64,000 nt of DNA from Lingula anatina (GCA_051362555.1 CM120645.1:992001-1056000), one strand, 5' to 3'; counted from the first letter of the stretch, positions 13,358 through 26,181 are shown. Notes: generated by a model not told the origin, from the sequence alone. Made by a program: numbers and translations.

Positions 13358-15323
13358 CACTAGTGAACTTTTAATCCTATTCTCGCTCAGGAGATCTTCG
13401 AGGTAATATATGTCGATGTGTTTGCGTATTGTAAAATCACTTTAGATGCTATTTTCATGGTAAATAAAGGATGGGAATGGTACCTGAATTAAAAAAGGTG
13501 CTGGCTGATTATCAAGTCAATTTATCGCATCTGTCATGTGGTAACGCCTCAATGTTTTTAATCGAGAAAATTGCATGTATTTTTAAAAGCCATTGATTAT
13601 TAAAATTAGGCCATTCCTATTGTGTGGTTGTTACAATATCGAAAAGCAAAGCGCCTAATAGTTGTCCCATTTAGTAAAAGCACCATAAATGGTGTAAAAA
13701 ATATAATTTACAATGATTCCATATTAACAGTACGTACCTGAAAGATTGATTGATTGTCAATCAAGTCATGGAGTCATAAGCGAGACAGGAACACCAGAGG
13801 CCAAACCAGAATCATTTAAAGGAGAGGGGGGGGGGGGTCTGGTACGACAGGCCTAGCTTGGACGCGAGGCCGACCATCGGCAGCTTGGCGTGGGGTTCGG
13901 GCCTGCTCAAGGGCCCGGAAAATATTTGCTCTTATGGAGGGCAAACGGTGCCCTTTGGTACGGTTTAGAACTATGTAGTCGACATTTTAATTTCAAGAGC
14001 ATTTTTCATAATATATTTTTCAGAAACATCTAAATTGGCCACTGAACGGATCAAACTGGTACAGGCTGAAATGAAAGTAACCAATGTACACGGCATACAA
14101 AAATGGTTTGCAGTTTTCGTACTTTTGTCTCTCTTTTCTGGTTTTGTGTCTCATTTATCGCGTTGAGTGTCTCTATTTTTTTTGTGTGTGTGTTTCGGTT
14201 TTGCCGGTTTTGCTTCGGTTCCATGGAGACGTGGTAACTAAAACTGTAAAGCCAGAGCTGTAAAGCGGAAGTTGAATATGGATAAAACTCAACCCTGACC
14301 TCGACCTTAAAGATGAGGGTGTAATAACTAGCTAAGAATGGGAACATTTCAATAAATATCGTTATGTTTTCCGACTCCAACTGCTTACGCTGCTCCTGAT
14401 TGATAAAAACTAACCAAAGTTAACAAGAAATGTTGGCATTCAAGTACCAATAGAATGCAAAACCAAACGCTGTCAAAATGCTAAAGATTTTTTTTTTACG
14501 ATTTCATCATGATAAGTGTGTTTTTGAAATTTAAAGGGTATAAATATCTCAACATCGGGGATCGCTAACTCCCATATCGGCGTTTTTTTTTAGAAATTGT
14601 GAGGCGGGGGTAACGGCAGTAAATGTGTGATTATTTTTTAACAGCAGTAATGCTTACAATCACATTAGTATTTTACTTTTATATATATGTCATAGATGAT
14701 GAACTTAAATCTTGCATGCTGCCAGGTTAGGATTTTATACTAACTGCAATGAATTAGACATTAAGGTAGATGTTTATGTTTGGAATAATGCTGTCGATAA
14801 TTAAGGAGGATCTCTCATATTTCAGAATCACTATTCCCGCAGTAGCGTTTTGGATAAAAATTGTAAAACAAAATCTAGAGAATATAAGAGTAAAAAAAAA
14901 ACATGAAAAGAAATTGAGCTTGTTTTCGAGAGGCAGCGTCCCCCAAAAAAGTCACTTTTATTTTATTGTGCCATATGGAATTTGATCAAAATAGACCTTT
15001 AATGGCAAAAACGCCAAGATGAAAAAAATCCGGCGCATTTGTTTTATCAATTTTTGAAAGTAGGCCGGTTTAAGCAAGCAAAATAAAATATTTACACATA
15101 ATACATACCATATTTATGTCATAGCGTCACGGAATGTTTAATACACACCTAGCTGATTTTACCATATTCTTATTGCTTGGTTCAATGTACAAATACATAG
15201 TAGTCCGTTTTTAATTTTAAACTCTGATACCATCCGCATTTACTTTTTTTTTGCAATATTGTTGCCGTTCGATTATGATTCTAATAGAAATTCAGCATGT
15301 ATGTGCCGTATTACGACATACAT

Positions 15324-17195
15324 TCAAAGATCTAATTTATATCCGAGGAAGCTTGCCTCTTCTTTGTAAATATCCCAGACCTTTTTCAGCAGTTCTCTAT
15401 CTATCCCGCTATAATATTTTTGTATGAGAGTCTCGTTGCGGTAGGACTCGATCTTGAGGTGAGATAAAGGGAATTGTGCTATCAAGTGTTCGGCACCAAG
15501 TAGACGCATGACATTAGGCGCGTCAGTGGTAAGATCTTCATGATGAACGATGACGTCATACTGAACGTCACAGGGTTTGCAAAAATCCTCGACCAAAGCC
15601 CAGTGGATATTGTTTGGTCCATTGTCTGCTATATACTGCAGGAAATCCGAAAAGGATATATGTTTTTGCAAAGTAATGTTCCTCTTATATTGCTGGTTTA
15701 TATAAGTTTTCACTCTGGGACCTAAAAACCGAAACAAAACTTGTTCCTTGTACACCGACACGAGTCTCTCTAGTGGGTGTCGCACCACTAAGACCTTCAG
15801 ATAACTTGCTAAGCGCATGCTGTTGTTCTTGTTGTCATTAGAATATAACTGTGTATAGTATTCTTTTCTGCCCTTGAAGACAACAGTGGCAGGATCCTGA
15901 TGACCAGAAAGAATCTGATACACATTTCTCCAATTACGACTTGCCGCTTTCAACATAGTGCACAATATTAGTTTATATTTGTCATCCACTATAATCCATC
16001 TTGGTCTCTTTAAATAGTTGAACGGAGCAGTTTTGCGGGCGCTGCATCTGTCTTGTAACCTTTGTTTTCGCCTGATTACGGAAGATACCCAATTCTGAGG
16101 TACCTTGTGCCAACCGAATGACTGAAAGATGTGTTTCAAAAAGTTCTCTTAACGTTTTTAAACGTTTTATGCAAAATGGGATAACAAAAATATAACACCA
16201 GTAAAAAATAGGGACAAAAAAGGTCAATAAAAAGATAAGGTCAACATGAGTAACGTCAGCAAAAAAGCTGTGAATATTGAACAAGACAAAATTGTAATTT
16301 GCCTGGCAATTTCAACCCTGAGAACGCCGCGGGAGATTGAATGGAGTAGACAGCGTGAAAAAGAGAGAAGGCAATTGGAAATCAGTAAATAAATAATATG
16401 AAAGAACAGAAAGGTCTTGTGATTTCTACCTCACTTAAGAACTATAGTACTTGTAAGTCAGTAAGGTAAACAATGACTGCACAAAAAACGTTAAACTAAA
16501 TACCTCCCAGATCCCTTTATCTATGGCGTCGTGTTCTTTACTAAGTTTGGGCAAGTTGTAAGTGGTTCGAAGAGAAGCGCCTCTGCCATTTATTGCTCCC
16601 TTTTCTCGATCAATTGGCATGGGTTTGTAAATTCCTGCAAGATTCGTACCCATTAAATCTTTGTCATCTTGGTGTCTTCATAAATGCCACTGTAAACTTA
16701 ATTTTCGTCAAAATTTTTCCGTCAATATCTTAAAATGCCGATAAAAAGTATAAGGGAATAAGGTCTTTGCTACATGCTTCGAAAGCTGCAAATCACACCA
16801 ATGCCCAAAAGAAAAAAAAATCTAGCTAAAATTACTAGGAATACAATCGTCCTTTGCCTGATAAGATGTCCTTGTTTATGGTGAAAAGTTATGTCAAAAC
16901 ATTTGCGTTTAACTTCGTGAAATTAGATTTTTAATAATTTGATTATTGTTAAAAACCAACACTTTTCAAACACATGCATTTCTAATATTTCTGATATTTA
17001 TTTCTAGAACTTTTATAATTGCACAAACCAGTCCTGTATATGTTGCAAGGTTGGTTGTTTTTATAGATTTTAATTTTAATTTTTTTTTACCAAAAATATG
17101 ATTTAAAGATAATAGTTACCTGTAAAATAGCCCAGCGACCACAGCGTTAATATGCAGGCTGTCGTGGTGGTGATGAAGATCGTTTTCTTTTTCAT
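15324..17195 (-). CDS. Carbohydrate sulfotransferase copy 5; exons 17195-17120, 16634-16504, 16121-15324; 334 aa
   Basis: Near-identical to copy 2; open frame and intact splice sites. Confidence 0.9.
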
Positions 17196-17388
17196 TACTA
17201 GTACACTTCTAACGCTATTCTCGCTCAGGAGATATTCGAGGTAGTGTATGTTGATGTGTTTCACATATGGAATGACAGCCCATGCAGTTGCTAATTCTCT
17301 TTAGTTGATATTTCATGGTAAATAAAAGATGAGAATGGTACCTTAACTAGAAAAGGTGCGAGCTTATTTCCATGTCAATTTATCGCAT

Positions 17389-17976
17389 CTTTTCTCGATC
17401 AATTGACATGGGTTTGTAAATTCCTGCAAGATTCGTACCCATAAAATCTTTGTCTTCTTGGTGTCTTTATAAATACCACTATAAACCCAATTTTCGTCAA
17501 AAATCTCCCATCAATATCTTATAATGCTGATGAAAAGTATAAGGGAACATAATCGTTGCTACATGCTTCGACGGTTACGAATCATACCTAAAGCCCAAAA
17601 GAAAAAAAAAACTATATCTAAATCTACTAGGAATACAGTCGTTGTCTAATAAGTTGGCCTAGCTTATGGTGAAAAGTTATGTCAAAATATTTACGTTTAT
17701 TTTTGTGAAATTTGATGTTTAATTACCTGATTATTGCTAAAAACCAACACTTTTCAAATACATGTATTTCTAATTTTTCTGTATTCTAGAATTTTTATAA
17801 CTGCATGAACCAGCCCTATTTGTGTCGCAAGGATGAATATTTTTATAAATTTAAATTTTGTAATATTTTACAAAAGATAAGAGTTAAATATAATAGTTAC
17901 TCGTAAAATAGGGCAGCGCCAACAGCGTTAATATGCAGGCGGTGGTGGTGGTGAGGAAGATCGCTTTCTTTTTTAT
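17389..17976 (-). pseudogene. Truncated sulfotransferase relic (duplicate of 6219-6793)
   Basis: Same deletion junction and the same ATG>ATA exon 1 (17976-17901). Confidence 0.8.
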
Positions 17977-18942
17977 TACTAGTACCATTTTAACCCTATT
18001 CTTGCTCAGGAGACCTTCTAGGTTATATATTTCGATGTGTTAAGATATTGTAAAATCTATTTAGTTGCTATTTTGATGGTAAATAAAGGATGAGAATGGT
18101 TCTTAAAGTAATAAAAGTGCTGGATAATTATCATGTCAATTTATCGCATCTGTCATGTGGTAACGCCTCAATATTTTCAATTGAGAAAATTGCATGTATT
18201 TTTAAATGCCATTGATTATTAAAATTAGGCCATTCCTATTGTGTGGTTGTTACAAAATCGAAAAGCAACGCGCCAAATAGTTGTCCCATTTAGTGAAAGC
18301 ATATTTATATTTATCATAGATGTTGAACTTAAATCTTGCATGCTGCCAAGTTAGGATTTTATGTTTACTGCAATTAATTAGACATCAAGATAGTATTTTA
18401 TGTTGGGAATAATGCTGTCGATAATTAAGGAGGATCTCTCATATTTGGGAATAACTATTTTCGCCGTAGCAATTTGGATAAAAATTGTAAAACAAAATCT
18501 AAAGAATATAAGAGTAAAAAACATGACAAGAAATTGGGCTTGATTTCGAGAGGCAGCGTCCCCCAAAAATCACTTTTATTTCATTGTACCATATGGAATT
18601 CTATCAAAATAGCCCTAAAATGGCAGAAAAATGCCAAAATGACAAAAATTCGGCGCATTTTTTTTTATCAATTTTTGAAAGTAGGCCGGTTTAAGCAAGC
18701 AAAATAAAATATTTACACATACTACATACTATATTTACGTTTTAGCGTCACGGGATGTTTAATATACACCTAGCTGATTTTACCATATTTTTATTGCTTG
18801 GTTCAATGTACAAATACATAGTAGCCCGTTTTTAATTTTATATTCTGATACCACCCGCATTTAATTTTTTTGCAATATTGTTGCCGTTCGATTATGATTC
18901 TAATGGAAATTCAGCATGCATGTGCCGTATTATGACATACAT

Positions 18943-20589
18943 TCAAAGATCTAATTTATATCCGAGGAAGCTTGCCTCTTCTTTGTAAATATCCCAGACC
19001 TTTTTCAGCAGTTCTCTATCTATCCCGCTATAATATTTTTGTATGAGAGTCTCGTTGCGGTAGGACTCGATCTTGCGGTGAGATAAAGGGAATTGTGCTA
19101 TCAAGTGTTCGGCGCCAAGTAGACGCATGACATTAGGCGCGTCAGTGGTAAGATCTTCATGATGAACGATGACGTCATACTGGACGTCACAGGGTTTGCA
19201 AAAATCCTCGACCAAAGCCCAGTGGATATTGTTTGGTCCATTGTCTGCTATATACTGCAGGAAATCCGAAAAGGAAATATGTTTTTGCAAAGTAATGTTC
19301 CTCTTATATTGCTGGTTTATATAAGTTTTCACTCTGGGACCTAAAAACCGAAACAAAACTTGTTCCTTGTACGCCGACACGAGTCTCTCTAGTGGGTGTC
19401 GCACCACTAAGACCTTCAGATAACTTGCTAAGCGCATGCTGTTGTTCTTGTAGTCATTAGAATATAACTGTGTATAGTATTCTTTTCTGCCCTTGAAGAC
19501 AACAGTGGCAGGATCCTGACGACCAGAAAGAATCTGATACACATTTCTCCAATTACGACTTGCGGCTTTCAACATAGTGCACAATATTAGTTTATATTTG
19601 TCATCCACTAAAATCCAGTTCAATTTCTTCAAATAGTTGAACGGAGCAGTTTTGCGGGCTCTGCATCTGTCTTGTAACCTTTGTTTTCGTCTGATTACGG
19701 AAGATACCCAATTCTGAGGTACCTTGTCCCAACCGAAGGACTGAAAGATGTTTCAAAAAAGTTCTCTTAACATTTTTAAACGTTTTATGCAAAATAGGTT
19801 AACAAAAATATAACGTAACAACAAAAAGATGAGATAACATATGTAACGTCAGCAACAAAAACTGCGAATATTGAACAAGTTAAAATTGAAATTTGCCTGG
19901 CAATTTCAACCCTGAGAACGCCGCGGGAGATTGAATGGAGTAGAGGGAGAGAAAAAGAGAGAAGGCAACTGGATATCAGTAAATAAATATTATGAATGAA
20001 CATAAATGCCTTGTGGTTTGTAGCTCGTGTGAGACCTACAGTAGTTGTAAGTCAGTACCATGGTAAAACAAACAATGACATCACAATAAACGTTGAACTA
20101 AATACCTCCCAGATCCGTTTATCTATGGAGTTGTGTTCTTGATTGCGTTTGGGCAAGTTGTTAGTGGTTTGAAGAGAAGTTCCACTGCCATTTATTACTC
20201 CCTTTTCTCGATCAATTGACATGGGTTTGTAAATTCCTGCAGGATTCGTACCCATAAAATCTGATAATATGTTCTTGTTTATGGTGAAAAGTTATGTCAA
20301 AACATTTGCGTTTAACTTTTTGAAGTTTGATGCTTAATAACTTGATTATTGCTAAAACCAACACTTTTCAAGCACATGTATTTCTAATATTTGTGAATTC
20401 TAGAATTTTTACAATTCCATGAACCAGTCTATTTATGTTGCCAGGATGGTGGTTTTATTAATTTAAATTTTGTAATTTTTTTACAAAAAATAAGAGTTAT
20501 AAATAATAGTTACCTGTAAAATAGGCCAGCGCCCATAGCGTTAATACGCAGGCTGTCGTCTTGGTGAGGAAGATCGCTTTCATTTTCAT
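18943..20589 (-). CDS. Carbohydrate sulfotransferase copy 6; exons 20589-20514, 20236-20106, 19740-18943; 334 aa
   Basis: Open frame; anchor MKMKAIFLTKTTACVLTLWALAYFT. Intron 1 is shortened to 277 nt versus ~470-480 nt in the other copies. Confidence 0.88.
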
Positions 20590-21548
20590 TACTAGTATCC
20601 TTTTTACCTTATTCTCGCTCAGGAGATCTTCCAGGTAATATATGTCGATGTGTTTTGCATGTTGTTAAATCTCTTTAGTAGCTATTTTCATGGTAAATAA
20701 AGGATGTGAATGGTACCTAAACTAAAAAGCTACTGGCTGATTATCACATCAATTTATCGCATCTGTCATGTAGTAACGCCTCGACATTTTTATTCGAGAA
20801 AATTGTGTGTATTTTTTAAAAGCCATTGATTCTTCAAATTAATCCATTCCTATTGAGTGGTTGTTATAAAATCGAGAAGTAAAGCTCCTAATAGTTGTCC
20901 CATTTAGTAAAAGCACCCCAAATGGTGTGTAAAATATAATTTACAATGATTCCATATTTATGTACCTGAAAGAGTGATTGATTTTCCCCTTGAAAAGATG
21001 GAGACATAAGCGATATAGGAACACCAGAGGCGGAGCCAGGTTTATTTGAAGTGGGGGGGGGGGGTGGAATGACAGGCCTAGCTCGGATGCGAAGCTGACC
21101 AGCGCCACCTTGGCGTGGGGTTCGGGGTTGCTCAAGGGCCTTTGGTTCGGTTTAGAAGTATGTAGTCAAAATTTTAATTTCAATGGCAGAATTTTTTTTT
21201 AGAAACATCTAAATCAGGCACTGATTTTTTATGTCATAGCGTCACAGAATGTTTAATGCACATCTACACTCTAAAGTAAATGAACGCAACGACGCGCAGC
21301 ATATGTTCTATTATCTGTCGCTGTGTTCTATTTAAGAACACTATGTGTTCTCGTCAAAATGCCTGTCTGTTCTTATCAGAATACTTGGCGTTCTTTATTG
21401 TTCATTTTGAGAACATGTGTGATGTTTATATCCATAGTGGTATAAATTTGTTATATGCTCCATGTAAGAAAATGCCTTTTTATAGTGTACTGGAATTTTT
21501 TAGGACATTTAATGTTTTGGAATTGAGTGCTGTCCCCTCGTAGTTACC

Positions 21549-21604
21549 CCCACTGCTATTTATTACTCCCTTTTCTCGATCAATAGACATGGGTTTGTAA
21601 ATTC
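21549..21604 (-). pseudogene. Degenerate terminal sulfotransferase relic (exon-2 fragment only)
   Basis: Matches the 5' part of exon 2 and its acceptor (TCTTGCAG|GAATTTAC). Exon 1 and exon 3 are missing from this unit. Confidence 0.65.
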
Positions 21605-24131
21605 CTGCAAGATTCCTATCTCAGAAAAGCTTTGCCTTCTTGGTGTCTTCATAAATGCCCCTATAAACCCAATTTTCGTCAAAAATCTTCTATCAATATC
21701 TTAAAATGCTGATGAAAAGTATAAGGGAATACAATCGTTGCTACATGCTTCAAATGTTATGAATCACACTAAATTGTAACTATGTAAATTGTATGTATGT
21801 AAATTGTATGTATTTTTAAAAGCCATTGATTCTTAAAATAAGGCCATACCTAGCGAGTGCTTGTTACAAAATTGAAAAGCAAAGCACCCAATAGTTCTAT
21901 GCCATTCAGTTAAAGCAGCACAAATGCTGTATAAAATATAATTTACAGTGATTCCATATTTACATTATGTACCTAAAAGTTTGATTAATTCTCCCATTGG
22001 AAAGATGAAGTCTTAAGCGAGTTAGGAACACCACCAGAGGCGGATCCAGGATTATTTGGAAAGAGGGGGGGGGGGGGGGGGGGGCGAAGCCGACCATCAC
22101 CCCCTTGGCGTGGGGTTCGAGACCTCTCAAGGGCCCCGAAAAATATTTGGTTTTTTGAAGGGCAAACGGTTCCCTTTGGTAGGGTTTAGAATATTAGAAT
22201 TTGACTAAGCTAGTCAAGATTTCAATTTCAAGAGGGGAATTTTGGTGTGATATATTTTTCAGAAACCTCTTAATCTGCCACTGAATACATCAAATTTTAC
22301 AGGCTGACATGTAAGTAACCAATTATACGTCCTCAAAAAATAAAACAAAAAGTTTTCATATTTTTGTCCCACTTTTCGGGTTTTGTGTCTCATTTATCGG
22401 GTTCAGTGTCTCTATTTTTGGTTTTTGTGTTTCGGTTTTGTTTAGGTTCCATAATAACTAAAACTGTAAAGCCAGTGCTGTAAAGCGGAAGTGTAATATG
22501 GAACACTCAACCCTGACCTCGACCTTAAAGATAAGGGTCTAATGACTAGCTAAGTATAGGACCTTTTCAGTACATATGGTTGTGTTGTCCCACTCCAACT
22601 GCATGCGCTGCTCATGATTGGTTTTAAAAATTAACCAAAGTTAACAAGAAATGGCGTTCCAATACGCTGCCAAAATGCAAAAGATTGTTTTAAACAAGTT
22701 CATCATGATAAGAGTGTTTTTAAACTTAGAGGGTATAAATATCTGAATATCGGGGCTCGCTAACTACCACCATTGTGGGAAATATCGGCGGGTTTTTCAG
22801 AAATTGTGAGGCGGGGGAAACGGCAGCAAATGTGTGATTATTTTTTAAGAGCAGTAATGCTTAAAATCACGTAGTATTTTAGTAACTTTTATATATCATA
22901 GATGATGAACTTAAATCTTGCATGCTGCCATATGAGGATTTTATACTAACTGCAATGAATTAGACATTAAGGTAGATTTTTATGTTGGGAATAATGCTGT
23001 CGATAATTAAGGAGGCTCTCTCATATTTCAGAAGCATTATTTTCGTCGTATTTATTTGAATAAAATTTGTAAAACAAAATCTAGAGAATATATGAATAAA
23101 AAAAGTCGCATTTATTTGGATAAAATTTGTAAAACAAAATTTAGAGATTATATGAGTAAAAAACATGAAAAGAAATTGGGCTTGTTTTCGAGAGGCAGCG
23201 TCCCAAAAATAAAACGTCACTTTTTTTTCATTGTGCCATATGGGATTTTATCAAAATAGCCCTAAAATGGCAGAAAAAAATGCCAAAATGAAAAGAAAAT
23301 TTAGTCCTGGCGATTTCAGTCTAACGTGGATATGTTATAGGCATTGGTAGAAGCCAGATAAATTTGTAAAACAATAAATGCCATGTTCAGTTTGTTTGCG
23401 GCACCAAAGATGCATTTCTTAAAGATCATTTCTCAGGCGTGGAAGCTATTTTATGCTTTTGCAATACCAAGGATTTATACAGGAGGTGTCCCTCTTCAGA
23501 AAAAGCGATTGTTACAATTGTCTTACGACAGTTGATCAATATAATGCGGTCTCTTTTTCGGCCACCTAGGATATATTGCTGTGTTTATAACGCCCCCCTC
23601 CTGGCCTCTACGCCTGTGTCACGTGCAGTCACCGTACTAAGAGCTAGAAACGCTTTTAATGTCGCCATATCACATGCATGCATGCATGCACGCACACGAC
23701 ACGTACGGATACTTGAAAATAAGCCTAAAACTAGTTTGGGAATTGTTTTTATTCTTATTTATTGGTAAAGGTGACGTTTTACCTAAATACCTTTCTAACA
23801 GGCGTCCAATAAAACGTTATTACATTATTTCTAACTTGTTAATTCTTAAAGAGAATGAGTATTAACGGAAAGGCTTTTTAAATAATTCAAAACACCACCA
23901 ATTATGAAAAAGTGGCCATTTGTCGTGACAGAGTTCTTTTCGACTAGAACGTCAACCTCGGCCAAACCACATTTTGGTAAACAAAACGAACAATAATTGG
24001 CGCTAGGATATAGTGCAGTGAAAAAACGTATTAAATATTAAAACGAATGTGGGTTTTGAAAGTTTCGGGGGGTTTTGTGAGATCTTGAAGTGCAATTATA
24101 TCGACGAAACTGTAATGATGGCTTGATGCGT

Positions 24132-25138
24132 CTATCGTCTGCCGAGACGACCATGTAAAAATTCCCTTTTTATCAACCGCGCGTGGGTCGGGAGAGCTCG
24201 GCCGTGCAGCCATTCCAAGTTTCTCTCTCGGCTGTCCCCGTCCAAGGCTTTTACAACGCCCTCTTTTGGGCGATTTGACATCACGAGACTGAAGAAGGAA
24301 TCTGGATCTACCCGTTTACCTGTAACATAAACCATAAAACATATCATAAATAATACATGCACCGCATGATCTCAATAATTTGGAAAATAATTATTGCCTA
24401 ACCTACATACACCTATACATTAGAACATCTCAGTGAATGGATTTTTGACGGCCAAAAGTCGTGCCGATCATCGGGTAAGTCCGTCGACTGGATTTTAATA
24501 AGGAGGTGAGAAAGCTCTTTATCTTATCAACTCGAGGAAAAATAAAACTATAAATCTATGTTAAAAGGAAAAAGTACTTTAAGGACGAAAACACAGGATA
24601 ACTGTGAGTTCTTATTTTCATCTGCAAGCAAAACGATTTGATTTACCTGAGCCGTGAAGAAAAAGCCTTTTATCGTCGCCATTGGATTCGTATAACCTCT
24701 TCCCACCGTGCAGAAACAACCTCTTTTCGCCCTCCGGCACTAACGGCCATTCGTCGACTTCTAAAAAACAGACAGCATGGTCATAACGTGGCAACATCAC
24801 GGCGAAATGAATGCTATTAAACCAACAGAGCTCCAGGCTTCGATGCGGGCTGTCTTGATTATTTTGAGACTTGCGTCATTCTGCAAAGTTCGTCTGCGGT
24901 AAAAAGGGTATTCTGCTTTTCTTATTTTATGGTAATGCGATTTGAGGAGTGCACGTTTGGATGCAAGATGAGGACTTGGGAGGGGAGGACAGCAATCGTT
25001 TTGTGTTCGATATAAAAAAAGCTCACCTAAGCCGTCTGTGGGTAACAAAACTGCCTGTGTTTGATGCTTAGACAACAGTAACGTCGTCCACACAGCCGCC
25101 AGTATCCAGGGAACGATTTGTGACATCTTTGCTGGCAT
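24132..25138 (-). CDS. Secreted neuropeptide precursor, 137 aa; exons 25138-25027, 24760-24647, 24319-24132; predicted LFLHGamide, LFLHGSamide, EFLHGRLamide
   Basis: Spliced: MPAKMSQIVPWILAAVWTTLLLSKHQTQAVLLPTDGLEVDEWPLVPEGEKR-LFLHG-GKR-LYESNGDDKR-LFLHGS-GKR-VDPDSFFSLVMSNRPKEGVVKALDGDSRERNLEWLHGRALPTHARLIKR-EFLHGRL-GRR*. Donors TAG|GTGAGC and CAG|GTAAAT; acceptors TTTTTTAG| and TGTTACAG|; both introns phase 1. Hydrophobic signal peptide ending TQA, acidic spacers, dibasic and amidation sites. Confidence 0.88.
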
Positions 25139-25789
25139 TCTCACCAGATATGGTTAGCACCTTCTGAAACATCAAGAAACCGGCTGAGTTTGCTATTTTA
25201 ACAAGCTAGACAATACGAGTAAAAGCATGTGATTAATTGTTTACTTGATTATAAAACCTGGTTTTAGAACCGACGAAGGCCAGCTTTTTCATATCCAAAT
25301 TCCCATGTCTGCTAGTCGATTAGCGTGCCTAGCGTCTTTGAAAATAGAGAGGCCCTCACTCATAGGACTCAAAGCCTAGGGTAATCCAAATGTATCAAGA
25401 GTCAGAAAATTTAAAGCTTTGAAAATTACAAGAGAATAATTTTATTCCTTTTAAAACACAATACGCTTTTTGTGTGTAACGTTTCTTATTGCTCATGGGC
25501 ACCGGAAACCCTCCTATATACCATTGTTTCTTATTAAAGTTATGAACATAGAATAGACCAGCCATTTCCAACTTTATGAAATGAACGCTAAGTGAAATGA
25601 CTTTTTCGCTTCAACGCTTCAACACGACAAACGCCGTGTCTTTAAGGTGATTATATGTATTAGCTCCCCTCGCTCTGTCCTTTAGCCGTGAAAAATTACA
25701 CTTATCAGATGTTTACAGTACAAATGAAGAGCGCACCACCCATGTGGTGACTTATATGTGATACACCTAGGGTCTAAAGATTAAGACTT

Positions 25790-25965
25790 AGATCGACCTA
25801 ACTCCCTGAGGGTTCACGCTAAATTGCAGTCAGCCGAGCGGGCACCATAGTTAATTACCCCCTTACAGCTTTTAGTAGGCGGGACAGACGCTTAAACCGG
25901 CCAAGCTGAAAGTAATCTAGTGAGACTCCCCACAGGGATAGATCGATCTAAAAATCTATGGAAAT
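25790..25965. mobile_element. MITE-like dispersed repeat, homologous to 58275-58486
   Basis: Shares GATCGACCTAACTCCCTG...TTAATTACCCCCTTACAGCTTTTAG...GTGAGACTCCCC...GATAGATCGAT with the 58.3 kb copy; inverted GATCGAYCTA near both ends. Confidence 0.6.
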
Positions 25966-26147
25966 GGGGTGCTACATGACATGAAATAGGAATTCAGGTA
26001 AGAAACGATGTCAATACCGTATACTGAACCCGCAATTATTTCTCTCGAACTAAATTGTTATTATTGGTTGACGATGCTGCGATGTGTGAAATTGTATTGT
26101 TCCAGTTCATCGGTGATTTCTCGGAGCAAGTGCAACAAGCGTTTCTT

Positions 26148-26149
<2 letters not shown>

Positions 26150-26181
<32 letters not shown>
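26150..26181. repeat. Poly-T tract
   Basis: About 32 consecutive T. Confidence 0.9.

Larger units (their letters stand above)
1..23290 (-). repeat. Tandem gene array of ~3.6-3.8 kb units (carbohydrate sulfotransferase cluster); probably continues left of the window
   Basis: Near-identical blocks recur, with minus-strand stop codons at 344, 4147, 7759, 11518, 15324 and 18943. The window start matches spacer sequence near 3797 and 14979. Spacer similarity ends near 23290. Confidence 0.95.

Noticed and set aside
24797-25026. C-terminal part of the 115-aa ORF (ELFLYRTQNDCCPP...)
   Set aside because: Read-through into the intron after the TAG|GTGAGC donor.
18943-25138. Functional link between the sulfotransferase array and the neighbouring peptide gene (Tyr in LYESNGDD)
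   Set aside because: Peptide tyrosine sulfation is done by TPST enzymes, not the Sulfotransfer_2 family, and adjacency in a eukaryote is not evidence of a link.
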